In this document: piece after piece, positions 1 through 9,720 of the stretch
Layout of the letters: each line of letters begins with the position of its first letter
Position numbering within the stretch: the stretch's first letter is position 1
NCBI GenBank assembly: GCA_977030845.1
Contig: OZ365112.1
Coordinates: 6,448,001-6,512,000 of the forward strand
Origin: Fimbriosthenelais zetlandica
Taxonomy: Eukaryota
DNA length: 64,000 nucleotides
Reading direction: 5' to 3'
Translations under genes and position numbers: made by a program
The notes under the pieces: generated by a model
Seen by the model: the letters and a program-made list of their open reading frames with translations, nothing else
Told to the model about the DNA's origin: nothing
Databases searched by the model: none

Positions 1-3000
1 GAGAATAGAAGCAATATATTCTTTTTGTCGCCCACCCATTTATCACTTTCGGTTTATCTAAATGTGAAAAAAGCATAGGCCCACTTGTCTCAAATGGTGC
101 GCTCATAGATCGGGAATCCAAGTACCCTGAACGTGAGTGTGCTAGGCTGATAGCACGGAGAATTAACATGATTAAGAGGTTATGCTAGGATCCCTTATGA
201 GTGTCCCATTGTGGGTTATAACGCTCAATTAGCGGGCAAAATGAACTTGTCATCACAAGGCTATAGGTGTGGGGGAAATTCGGCAAGGAACAGGCGAAAA
301 GATAGCAAAGTGAAGTAATATATTGTTTTCACCATGCTGTATTATCTAGTTTTGATGTCATTTCCAAGACAGCGAGAAATGCTAGGCATTAGAGGAGAGG
401 ACATTTATTAGGTTTGCAGGAGGTTTTTGCCTGGTACTATTGGTTTCTATCTATGGGACACTCTTAGTACAAGAGGTTGATGTGCCTTCTGTTGCTGCCT
501 TTGGCAAAAAGGGGCTTTTCTGAGAGGAAGGCCTGGCGAACAGAACATAATCAATCAATCACAGAGCCGGAGTGTCATCCTTTCTCAGTCTAGGTGATGG
601 AAAGGGGACGACAGTAGATGCATACCCTTCCCCCACCCTCCTCTTTCTCCCTCACTTACACCCCAACTTCCTTCCTCAGACGCCTTTACCAAAGACCCTT
701 AACAAACCCCATCAAAAACCCGCACATACAATAATCTTACCCCCAGCTCCTGGCACTTCTCCATCTCCCATGTGTTGGAATCTTTAGCATTGACCCATCG
801 CTATGGAAATGTGCCAATTGTGACCACAAGGGAACTGTAGAATGTCGTGGGTACCATGGTATTGTTGACCTCTGATCGGCTCTGGAGAGATCAAGCTGGA
901 AGTGAAGGCCGTGGACAGTTGTGATGCCAAAATAAAGGCAGCTGAGGCTGGCTTACTACTTGGACCCATGCTTAATTACCCATTTGATATTGCCTCTGCC
1001 ATTACCCAGAGTTGGACAAGGACAAATATGTCACCGATACAAACAGCAACTTTCATCTGCAGCCTCCATATTCAGTTTACAGTATGTGAGAGGAATTGGT
1101 CGCAGAACCTTATTACCCAGTCATAGCAAGTCCACTTGGAAATGGAAAAAAACTGGAATGAAGCTGAGGAAAGGGACATCACTGCTACTTCTGCTTCCCA
1201 GAATGATTCCTTGCCCTGCTGCATCGAATCTTTCCGCTGCCCTCTTTCTTTTCTGCCCTCAAGCCCTTCTTTCTGTCAGTCTCACTTTGCAGGGAATGTG
1301 CGGTTCCTCTTTATTTCGTTCCGGATCTGGAGTTCTTCATTCCTTTGGCCCAACCGCTAGTTACCCTTCACCCTCTCTCACCTAGGGCTCAATGTAGGAG
1401 ACCAGGGGTAAATTAGATTAGAGAGGAGGGAGCGTGTTACGATACGATCCTCGGCTGCTTCCAGCCCTGCCATGGCTGGTGAGCCTTCAAGCGAACTACT
1501 GGCCCTTAGCCCTCTCCAAAATCAAATCACCAAAATCAGCCATCACCATGCTCCCTTCTATCCAAACCTGTTTGTCACCCTCCCCACTGCGCAGTCCCGC
1601 TCCTCCTAAACACATTGTATGTGTATTTAGCGTACCCATCACGCTTCCTTCCCTTCACAATCCCTGCCTGCCAACTCTAACAGAAATAGAGCCTTCCATA
1701 GTCAGATGATTCGCGGCCAGATTTTGCCGCATTTGGAGAGCTAATGGCAGTTTCTAGGGAAGGATAATTAAATGTGACGTGCTTGGAAAAAGCCTTGTAC
1801 GAGTGCAAAACTATAGGTTTCGGCTCAAATCTTTTGGCTATTTTTCTATCAGAGAAAACAATGACATTTTTAGCCTGTTACTGATATTTGAGCAAGATTT
1901 CATGGAGGAGGACGCCATCCATTTATTCAATTGAGTGCGCGATGGAAACTGAAATTCTAGCAGGAAATGATGAATTTCTCTGTTCTCAAAAATATCTTCA
2001 GTCCAATGCAGCATATAATCATTGAGATTAGACACTTTGACACAAGGGCTTACATCTGTGGTCATTCAGATTGTTTACCAGGCATTTCTGTTTCTCTATA
2101 CAGGTAAAGGAGGCCTTTAGTGGCCTACAATTTAAATCTGGAACTCACTTCCTGTCTCTAACAGATGTCAGGCTCTTCCTGAAGGTGGCACGACTCATCA
2201 AAGTCACTGCGTGTATTGAATGATGTCCTCCATTTGTACACAGAAATAGACACAAGAAGAATCCTAAAGCAGAAGTTTGTTGCTGCACAGAGATACAAAG
2301 TAGGATGTGAATTGGTCTATTTGGACTTGGTTAGTGCTGCAAAACTAATGGCCCCAATAAAGCAATGTCTCTGACCGGCGTTTCCCTGATTTGTTAACAT
2401 TCGTAGAGCCCTCAGGCAAATGACACGGCAAGAAAGGCACCTGGATGGATGGGGGCCAACAATCGTTCCTGCAGGTCCTCTTTATTTTGGACGAAATACT
2501 ATCAGATTAGCCACATTAAGGCATGACGCTTGTTACTAGATAACCTGAATGTCTTTCAGCACCAAAACAGACATCCCTTTTTGAATGAAAGATTAGAATG
2601 ACAGATGTAGAGTAATAAGAGATTGGAAAACAAAACTATTGCTTCCCTCTGCGTTACCGAAGTAAAAAACGAGACACATTAACAAATCCTTAGAAATGGA
2701 ATGCTAATTTATCCCACGAGAAAGCAACGAGAGGGACGGGTAGAGCCATAAAGTAACTCGAAACTATTTTGCCAGAGGTTCTAATTTGGATGTTAATTGC
2801 TTCAGATGCTGCATGAAAGCTGTTACAATGAAGGATTTCCTGCCAACATGTGTACACAGGAAAAATACAGAAAAACAAAGATTTTCATACAAGAGAAAAC
2901 GAAGGAGAAGCTAGTGATACGAAGAGCTCTACGTGTCAGATTTGAAAGTAAGAGGCGAGATATCTGAGGTAATATAATACAGAATCTGATAAAAGCATCA

Positions 3001-5179
3001 CGGAACAGGTTGGGGTTGAATGTACGAGCCTTTCAAAATATGCCTGAAGTAAGCAACATGATCAGATTCATGAAGAAAGTACAGATGAAGAAGTCATCCG
3101 AGTAGACTCCTGTAATAATGACAGGAGGGGAGAGAATCAAAGAATCCCATGTCTTACATCAGGGTGAGACTTATCTAAAAGGTGCATGTATCATGGACCT
3201 CATGGGCGACCTCACGTGCAAGAGCGAGATAAAATATTACCTTTAATGCCGAAATACCAGACACCCATCAAAGTTTTATCTATGGACACATCTGTCATCA
3301 GCATCTACAGATGATTTGAATTTTCGCTCATGATTCTTTTAAATAGTCCGGCGTTATCCTTATCTTGTCCATCAACGTATTTCTACGCTTCGTTTGTATA
3401 GTCAATGATTCTATGTCAATTTACAGCATGTGTGTCCTCCAAGTGAAGTGCATTTTATTTACTTTACTCTTATGCACGTGCCAAGAGACTTCCAGTCGTA
3501 TGTGTATATGTGGATTGATTAAACTATTGATTATGCAAAAAGGATAAGTGTCTCTTCCTCCTTTCGAAATGCTTTGAAGAGGAAAACTAAGCATATTTTA
3601 ATACTAATACACCTCTTGCAGGACAAATACCTGGTAGGAATTAAATGTATCCATTTAACAATAAAGATGCGTCAGCACTCCTTTAAAATGATTCAACATC
3701 CTTAGACAAAGATAATCCAAGAACGCTTGCTTGGTTACCTTTGGAATCAATGGCTTCAAATTCCCAAAGCCAATGTAACATTGGCGAACACTACTTCTTC
3801 CACTCTCTTTCGACAGCACCTTCTTGAAACGGCTCTTTCAGCACAATCAAAACAATCCCAACAACTCATTCCTCAATCCAATAAAGCAGGCTACTTTATC
3901 TCGTCCTGGCATCAAGACAATATACCCTCCTAGCGGGACACTATTACCTAAGGGATTCATCTTTTTCTTTACTGGGTTTCCAGCTTGCGTCATGCGTCTA
4001 GAAATGGGGAGGATTCAGATTTTTATCAAGTGCGGGTGTACGCTCGTGATACATATATTTTGCTATTTAAAGCTACACATTTCAGATTTATGACTATTGA
4101 TTTAAACATAACTGTTTTTTCGTACTCAAGAGTATAGGCTTCAGTGAGAAAGCAGGGATAGTGCTGTAATTGGAAACAATAAAATGCTTCTCCAGATCCG
4201 CCATCTACCATACCACAAAAGCATTAATTTACATCACATTTTCCATTGTTTAAAAAGATAAGTTTTTTACCCATCATATACTCCAGCGCTTTATACTGTA
4301 TTGATCCTTAACCCTTTAACTATGGATGTATGTTACCTAGAAATATTAAGGACCAAAAAAGGGGTGATATAGCGAGCTCCCTTCTTTGTTGTAAGGTGCT
4401 TTGAAGCATTGTGTCTTTAAGCATGTATTCCGCCCACACATCGTTCCCTTTATAGGTCTATAGATTCAGGTGTGAGTCCTTTGATGTTTGCCAATACTGG
4501 AAGGTTGTCCAACTCCAGGTGCTAAACTTGGGGAGTACAGGGGTGGCAGTAGCGGTGCACGGTGAGAGGGGAGTGGTGCTGGAGGTAGCAGTTGCACTGG
4601 TATATCGACCGGTAACTTATTCCCCCAGTCATTTAAAATTAGATATTAATACCACCACACATGAAAGTACTGCATTTTACATTTGAAGTAATACTTGAAC
4701 AAATCATACAAACATATTCCTCCACAGATATAGGATAGAATACAAAACTGTATAATACGTTTCTATAGTAAGTACTTGCAATATAAGTATTTGCAATAAA
4801 AATAATAATGTTGCATTTAAATATTTGACGGTTACAGCTCAGACACATTTACAGATCTTTGCTATGACAAGGACAAGTTATTTCTTGTACCAACACACTG
4901 TCCCTTAAGCAGCAAACCTAAATCAAACTTGTGAAGAACCAAAAAAAAATATGTCCAAATAGACATGGACAGAAAGCAATGCAGTCTTGCCATCATAGTG
5001 AAGGCTGACGCTGGAGGTTGTGTTGGTGAAAGCATATCTACAATTTGTTGTATGGTCTGTGAGGTTAGACAGGGTGGGGAGATAGAGTGGGAGCTGGAGG
5101 AGTGGGGAAGGGGAAGATTGCTTCACTTTCTGGCAAGAAAAATTGTTGTCATCTTGGGAATCAGTGATGCATAGTCATT

Positions 5180-5209
5180 ATTTCATTTCTCCTCAGGGAG
5201 AAATGAAAT
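5180..5209. other. Perfect 13-bp hairpin (5' subTIR plus IR)
   Basis: ATTTCATTTCTCC-TCAG-GGAGAAATGAAAT, read directly from the sequence. Confidence 0.9.
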
Positions 5210-5701
5210 CAAGTTTTTCACCGCGTTTCTGTACACTATTATTATTCTTTTTATTATTATTATTATTGTTGTAGTTAGACAAATTTTAAATCGGCTTAAA
5301 ATCGACTTTCTAATAGAGACAGGAATCTGGTTTTTGGTACACAGGTAGAGCATGGTCAGAAGATGTCAAATGTGGCAGGATTGACTTTCATGTCATGTCA
5401 TGTCATGTCATAAAATGACGTCAAACTTGCATAACTGGAAAAATGTATTGGCTGTTTTTTTCAGAAATATTGCCAACCAAAAATCATGTCACTGGTATCA
5501 GGTAACATGTACTTGATGCCCTATCATTTGGTACCATCATTTGACCTGTGGCCTAATTACTGTCTGTTAATTAGCTAATTAACATGAAATGCAATCACTT
5601 AAATGCTATCTACTCCTAGCCTGGTTATTCCAGGTGAATGAAAAGTTGCATTATGGACCCTTAGAGGCTTCTTGTCATCATGATTAGTTTGATTTTTTAA
5701 T

Positions 5702-5743
5702 TGACGTCATAATGACGTCATAATTGACGTCTTAATGACGTCA
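5702..5743. promoter_or_regulatory. Array of four CRE/ATF-like palindromes (TGACGTCA x3, TGACGTCT x1)
   Basis: Motif starts are at 5702, 5713, 5725 and 5736 (11-12 bp spacing), with another at 5416. Partly decayed copies occur at 6483-6512 and 6996-7026. The sequence is certain; a regulatory function is only inferred. Confidence 0.3.
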
Positions 5744-5890
5744 TGGCATCTTTGGGTAAAAAATGGAAAAAATGCTTCAAACATGTGAGGGATGGTCATA
5801 TATGTCCAAATATAAAATATTGTGACAATCCATATTTTAATAAGGGTGTTAATTAAAAAAAAAAAAAAATTGCAATATGGGAAAAAACAA

Positions 5891-5972
5891 AGCCAGCAGC
5901 AGGATTCGAACCCACACTTGCAACCACCATTGGATAACAAGACCAACAGCTTATCCATTGGGCCATGGAGAC
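5891..5972 (-). pseudogene. tRNA-Ser-derived pseudogene, copy A (anticodon loop mutated to CT-TGT-TA)
   Basis: 82 nt. Minus strand reads GTCTCCATGGCCCAATGG...GTTGGTCTTGTTATCCAATGG...GTGGGTTCGAATCCTGCTGCTGGC, followed by TTTGTTTTTT. It has an A box, a B box and a long variable arm. The acceptor stem is broken. Confidence 0.75.
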
Positions 5973-6200
5973 AGCACACATAAGCATGGCTTGTAGTCCA
6001 GTACCAATTGATCTGTATGTGATGCATGAGTAGTAAGTCAGGGTTGGTTTGGCTCATGATATAGATTGTGAACTTTGACAGTCATTCAATGATTTGTGAC
6101 TCCTATAAATTAATGGGAGTTGGGAAAGTTGGGGAAAATAAATCCTTAGATCTGGCTTGGACATTATTGGCCATAAATATCACAGATTACCATGGTTACT

Positions 6201-6735
6201 ATTTTCAATTGGCTTAAAATCGACTTTCTACTAAAGACAGGATTCTGGTTTTGGGTACACAGGTAAGGCATGGTCAGAAGAGGTCAAATGTGGGAGGTTT
6301 GACTTTCATATCATGTCATGTCATGTCATAAAATGATGTAAAATCAGGCATAACTGGGCAAATGTATTGGCCGTTTTTTCATAAATCTGGCCTACGAAAA
6401 ATCATGTCACTGGTTATTCCAGGTGAATGGCAAGTTGCATTATGGACCCTTTAGAGGCTTCTTGTCATCATGATTTTTTAATTGACGTCATAATGACATC
6501 TTAATGACGTCATGGCATCTTTTGGTAAAAAGTGGATAAAAATGCTTCAAACATGTGAGGGATGGTCAGATAAGTCCAAATATAAAATATTGTGAAAATC
6601 CATATTTTATTAAGGGTGTTCATTAAAAATAAATTTTTAAAAAAAATATGAGCAAAAAACAAGCCAACAGCAGGATTCGAACCCACACTTGCAAGCACCA
6701 TTGGATTTCAAGACCAAGTCATTATACCTCTAGGC
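6201..6735 (+). repeat. Internal repeat unit, copy 2 (truncated within the tRNA 5' end)
   Basis: Direct repeat of 5283-5965 that lacks 5497-5620. Several differences are CpG transitions (AATCGG/AATTGG, TGACGTC/TGACATC). Confidence 0.9.
6662..6735 (-). pseudogene. tRNA-Ser(TGA)-derived pseudogene, copy B (5' acceptor strand lost)
   Basis: Minus strand reads GCCTAGAGGTATAATGACTTGGT-CTTGAAA-TCCAATGG...GTGGGTTCGAATCCTGCTGTTGGC, then TTGTTTTTT. The anticodon is TGA. Confidence 0.75.
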
Positions 6736-6914
6736 TACAAGCCATGCTTGTTTGTGGAGTCTTGATGGCCGAGTGGTATTAGGTGTTGGTCTTGAGATCC
6801 AATGGTGGTTGCAAGTGTGTGTTCGAATCCTGCTGTTGGCTTGGTTTTTTCCCATATTTTTTTTTTAATTTTTTTTTTAATTAACCCCCTCAATAAAATA
6901 TGGATTGTCACAAT
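6733..6914 (-). repeat. Inverted partial copy of the repeat unit, forming a palindrome with copy 2
   Basis: Contains the tRNA on the + strand, then TTTTTTCCCATAT...TTAACCCCCTCAATAAAATATGGATTGTCACAAT. This is the reverse complement of ATTGTGACAATCCATATTTTATTAAGGGTGTTAATT in the other copies. Confidence 0.9.
6759..6841 (+). pseudogene. tRNA-Ser(TGA)-derived pseudogene, copy C
   Basis: GTCTTGA-TGGCCGAGTGG-TATTAGGTG-TTGGT-CTTGAGA-TCCAA-TGGTGGTTGCAAGT-GTGTG-TTCGAAT-CCTGC-TGTTGGC, then TTGGTTTTTT. It has a canonical A box, a B box, anticodon TGA and a type-II variable arm. The acceptor stem has three mismatches, so it is a pseudogene. Confidence 0.8.
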
Positions 6915-6919
6915 GGATT

Positions 6920-7332
6920 GTCCAGGCAAATGACAAGGTGCATATATGGACTCTTTAGAGGCTTCTTGTCATCATGATGTTTTCAATTTTTTAATTGACG
7001 TCATAATTCACATCATAATGAAGTCATGGCATCTTTGGGTAAAAAATGGAAAAAATGCTTCACACATGTGAGGGATGAACAAATACATCCAAATATAAAA
7101 TATTGTGACAATCCATATTTTATTAAGGGTGTTAATTAAAAACAAAAAATTTAAATTATCGGCAAAAAAAAAAAAAGCCAACAGCAGGATTTGAACCCAC
7201 ACTTGCAACTACCATTGGATCTCAAGACCAAGACCTAATTAACCCTCTGAGCCATGCTAGACACATGCATGGCTTGTAGCCCACTGATCTATGGTGGATG
7301 AGAAGTAAGTCAGGGTGGTTTGGGCTCAAGAT
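6920..7332 (+). repeat. Internal repeat unit, copy 3 (5'-truncated)
   Basis: Homologous to 5629-6060, from TCCAGG...TAGAGGCTTCTTGTCATCATGAT through AGTAAGTCAGGGT..TTTGG.CTCA.GAT. Confidence 0.9.
7176..7262 (-). pseudogene. tRNA-Ser(TGA)-derived pseudogene, copy D
   Basis: Minus strand reads GTCTAGCATGGCTCAGAGGG...TTGGT-CTTGAGA-TCCAATGG...GTGGGTTCAAATCCTGCTGTTGGC, followed by a long T run. Confidence 0.75.
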
Positions 7333-7400
7333 TTCAATTCCATATGGTTCCACTGGTTTTCCTACCCCCATTAACATGACCACAAGTGAAATGAAATATC

Positions 7401-7419
7401 TGTAATTGCAGCAATTACA
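7401..7419. other. 3' stem-loop of the Helentron-like element
   Basis: TGTAATTGC-A-GCAATTACA, a perfect inverted repeat 2 nt after the 3' subTIR and 6 nt before CTAG|T. Confidence 0.85.
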
Positions 7420-9010
7420 TGATGACTAGTTCTTATTAGAACCATGATCAATGCTAGGGTGACCATGTATTTGTCTTTATCATTATAAAATTTGAAGACC
7501 TGAAGAACTGAAGGGGGGAAATATTTCAGCAAAGGTAGTGAGAATGTAGGGAGATGAAAGCAATGTAATGGAAACAGACTCTCATTTTGAATGTCAGATT
7601 ATGTCAAATGCTACCTTGATCAAGTTAGTGTTTATGTATTGGGGTCCATAGCCGTCATGAAAATAGATTAGGTGCAGCTGTTGTAGCATCCAAGAAGCAT
7701 AATTATATGCCTTCTAGAGCGGTGGGTAAACTTTCTAATGCTGAAAATTAATAATGAGTCTTTTTAAAAACTCCTATATAAATAGTTGTTTTGTTCTTCG
7801 ACTTTAAATTTTTTTTTAAACAAGTTATCATTTATATTTTGTATTCCTCAGACTCTGAACAGTCATAGCTGTTTTTGCTGTTTTGTTGCAAAAATTACTA
7901 TCCTTTAGTATGTGGATGTTAAAAAAAACAAAAAAAACACAACAAAAGCAAAAGAACATTTTTTTCTGTGGCTTACTGTTTTGCATTGGCATTCAACAAA
8001 GGAAACTTTGCTTTACTTCTACTTTTTGTGCATGCATAACTCCCACACACTTGGTTATGTGTGGTTAAAAAGTGACGGAAAATCGATTGACATGTTGGAT
8101 TGGACAAATGCTGTCAGTAGCAGTTGTAAATACCATAGGGGAGAAGTGCTGCACAAAATGCTGTAACTAGGGCTAATTGGATAGATGAACTGGTAAGCTT
8201 GAGAAACCCAAGCAAAATCAAATACTTTGAAACTAGAAAAGCAAAAGCAGTGTTACCTATACTAAATGCAAAAAACGCTAATGTTATATTTTTCTCTAAT
8301 AATATCTTCATTTTTATATCCTCCTCCAATGAGAACATTATAAAGTATTATCAAGTCCTTGAATTTACTTTTTCAAAAATGCCTCTACCAGCAGTCATTT
8401 CCCAAGCATTTGCCTCGAACCAAATGATGTTGGCTTTGAGCCAAAAATAGGCTCTTGATCTCTGCTTCGCCTATTGTGAATGACAGCCAATTTAGAAAAT
8501 GACAAAGAATGTCTGATATGGCTTGATATATAAGGAATCCCTTCTATTTTTCTCCAGGCATTTATCTCTAGATGGACAAGTATCTATGCCCAAGGCCAGG
8601 ATCATATATGTTCTACACAGGGGACATTTATACCATTATATCACAACCATTGTAGCTGGCATTCATACTACTTAATCATCCTATTCCTGATAATCAGTTT
8701 TATGTCATATTATTTCTTGAGCAGTTCAAAATTCCCAACATAAAGTTGTCTATATACCCATTATAACGAATACAATGTCCTATATGCTTATGTGGATAAA
8801 CAGGCAACTGAGGAATGAGATGGGAAGCTCCATTGGAGTATTTTTCTCAGGATTCCCCCTCCCTACCGTCTACACCAATATTCACAGACATACCATTAGC
8901 AATACATCACTATAAGCACATCGAGGAATGGAGACCCTCGATTCGTGATCGCAGCCAACGACCTCATGTCCTCAAAAAGAATCGCCATGAGATAGGGGCA
9001 GATTCAGTAG

Positions 9011-9170
9011 TGACGTGGCCGGAAATTGGTTCACGACGCGAAAATGAAGACCGCTTGTTGATTGGTCACTGGCCCAGCGAGATGTGTCACGTGGAATGAA
9101 GATTGGCCATTGATTGGTGGAGGCGGAGTAACACCTCACGTCGTCAGGGTTTTGTTGTGGCTGATGACGT
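9011..9170. promoter_or_regulatory. CpG-rich, promoter-like motif cluster (orphan)
   Basis: ATTGG (reverse CCAAT) at 9025, 9061, 9102 and 9113; CACGTG at 9088; TGACGT at 9011 and 9165; GGAGGCGGAG at 9119. CpG is retained here, unlike the flanks. No associated gene was identified. Confidence 0.35.
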
Positions 9171-9254
9171 ATCGTCGGTGAGGTCAAATTTCTAGGGTGT
9201 GAGGTGTATTTGCTCATGCACAGAAACAACAGGTTGTGTTTGAAGGGGAGGCTG

Positions 9255-9720
9255 CTTGCAGATTAGGTCGATTGGGTGGAGGGAAGTGGGAAGGTTCGAA
9301 GGAAGGTGGGAGGTAGAGGGGAGAGGAAGAGGACGTGGAGGCAAAGTGGAATGAAGCGAGAAAGATGGAGGAGAATCCAAGTGGGGGAAGGGGGAAGGGG
9401 TCAGAGGGGTAAGTGGAAGGGGGTAGGGAGATGGATGTGGGAACTTAACTCAAGAGGGCGAGGATAGATATTAATTCATGAATAACAGGAAGGGAAGAGT
9501 GGGGTGCAGTGAGAAAATATTACATGCATGCAGGAGCCGAGAAACAGCAAGCAAGCGAGCGAAAGTGCGAGAGAGAGGGGGAGAAAGAGAAGGAGAGGGG
9601 GAGGATAGAGGGGGAGGGGAGAGGGGAGGGGAGAGAGAGCGAGGCAGCCGTGGGAGGGAGGGAGAAATGGAAAATGGGAATCAAGCAGAAGAGGTGCTGC
9701 CATTATCTCCCCTGGCGGAG
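9255..9720. repeat. Polypurine/polypyrimidine low-complexity tract
   Basis: The + strand is dominated by G/A runs (GGAGG, GAGAG, GGGGA), which explains the overlapping G/R/E-rich and P/L/S-rich ORFs. Confidence 0.8.

Larger units (their letters stand above)
5283..6060 (+). repeat. Internal repeat unit, copy 1 (longest, includes a 124-bp extra segment)
   Basis: Aligns by eye with 6201-6735 (offset 918 at the start) and with 6920-7332. Shared blocks include GGCTTAAAATCGACTTTCTA, TAGAGGCTTCTTGTCATCATGAT, AATGCTTC.AACATGTGAGGGATG and the tRNA-like segment. Confidence 0.9.
5179..7429 (+). mobile_element. Putative non-autonomous Helentron/Helitron2-type (HINE/DINE-1-like) rolling-circle element carrying tRNA-Ser pseudogene repeats
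   Basis: 5' subTIR TATTTCATTTCTC (5179-5191) matches the reverse complement of the 3' subTIR GTGAAATGAAATA (7386-7398) at 12/13 positions. The 5' subTIR pairs with an adjacent IR in a perfect 13-bp hairpin (5180-5209). The 3' subTIR is followed after 2 nt by the stem-loop TGTAATTGC-A-GCAATTACA (7401-7419), then TGATGA-CTAG (ends 7429). The flanks are T (5178) and T (7430). There are internal (TAT)n and (CATGT)n microsatellites. These termini bracket the internal repeat complex. No Rep/helicase ORF is present. Confidence 0.6.

Noticed and set aside
5891-5972. Classical tRNA-derived SINE head
   Set aside because: An oligo-T terminator follows the tRNA immediately, homology between copies extends ~90 bp upstream of the tRNA, and no poly(A) tail or TSD is seen.
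6759-6841. Functional tRNA-Ser(TGA) gene
   Set aside because: The acceptor stem has three mismatches, and the T stem and anticodon stem are also mispaired. It is called a pseudogene.
5707-7208. Minus-strand ORFs with repeated NTLIKIWIVTIFYIW-like peptides
   Set aside because: These are incidental translations of the repeated tRNA-pseudogene unit. Starts, stops and frames differ between copies.
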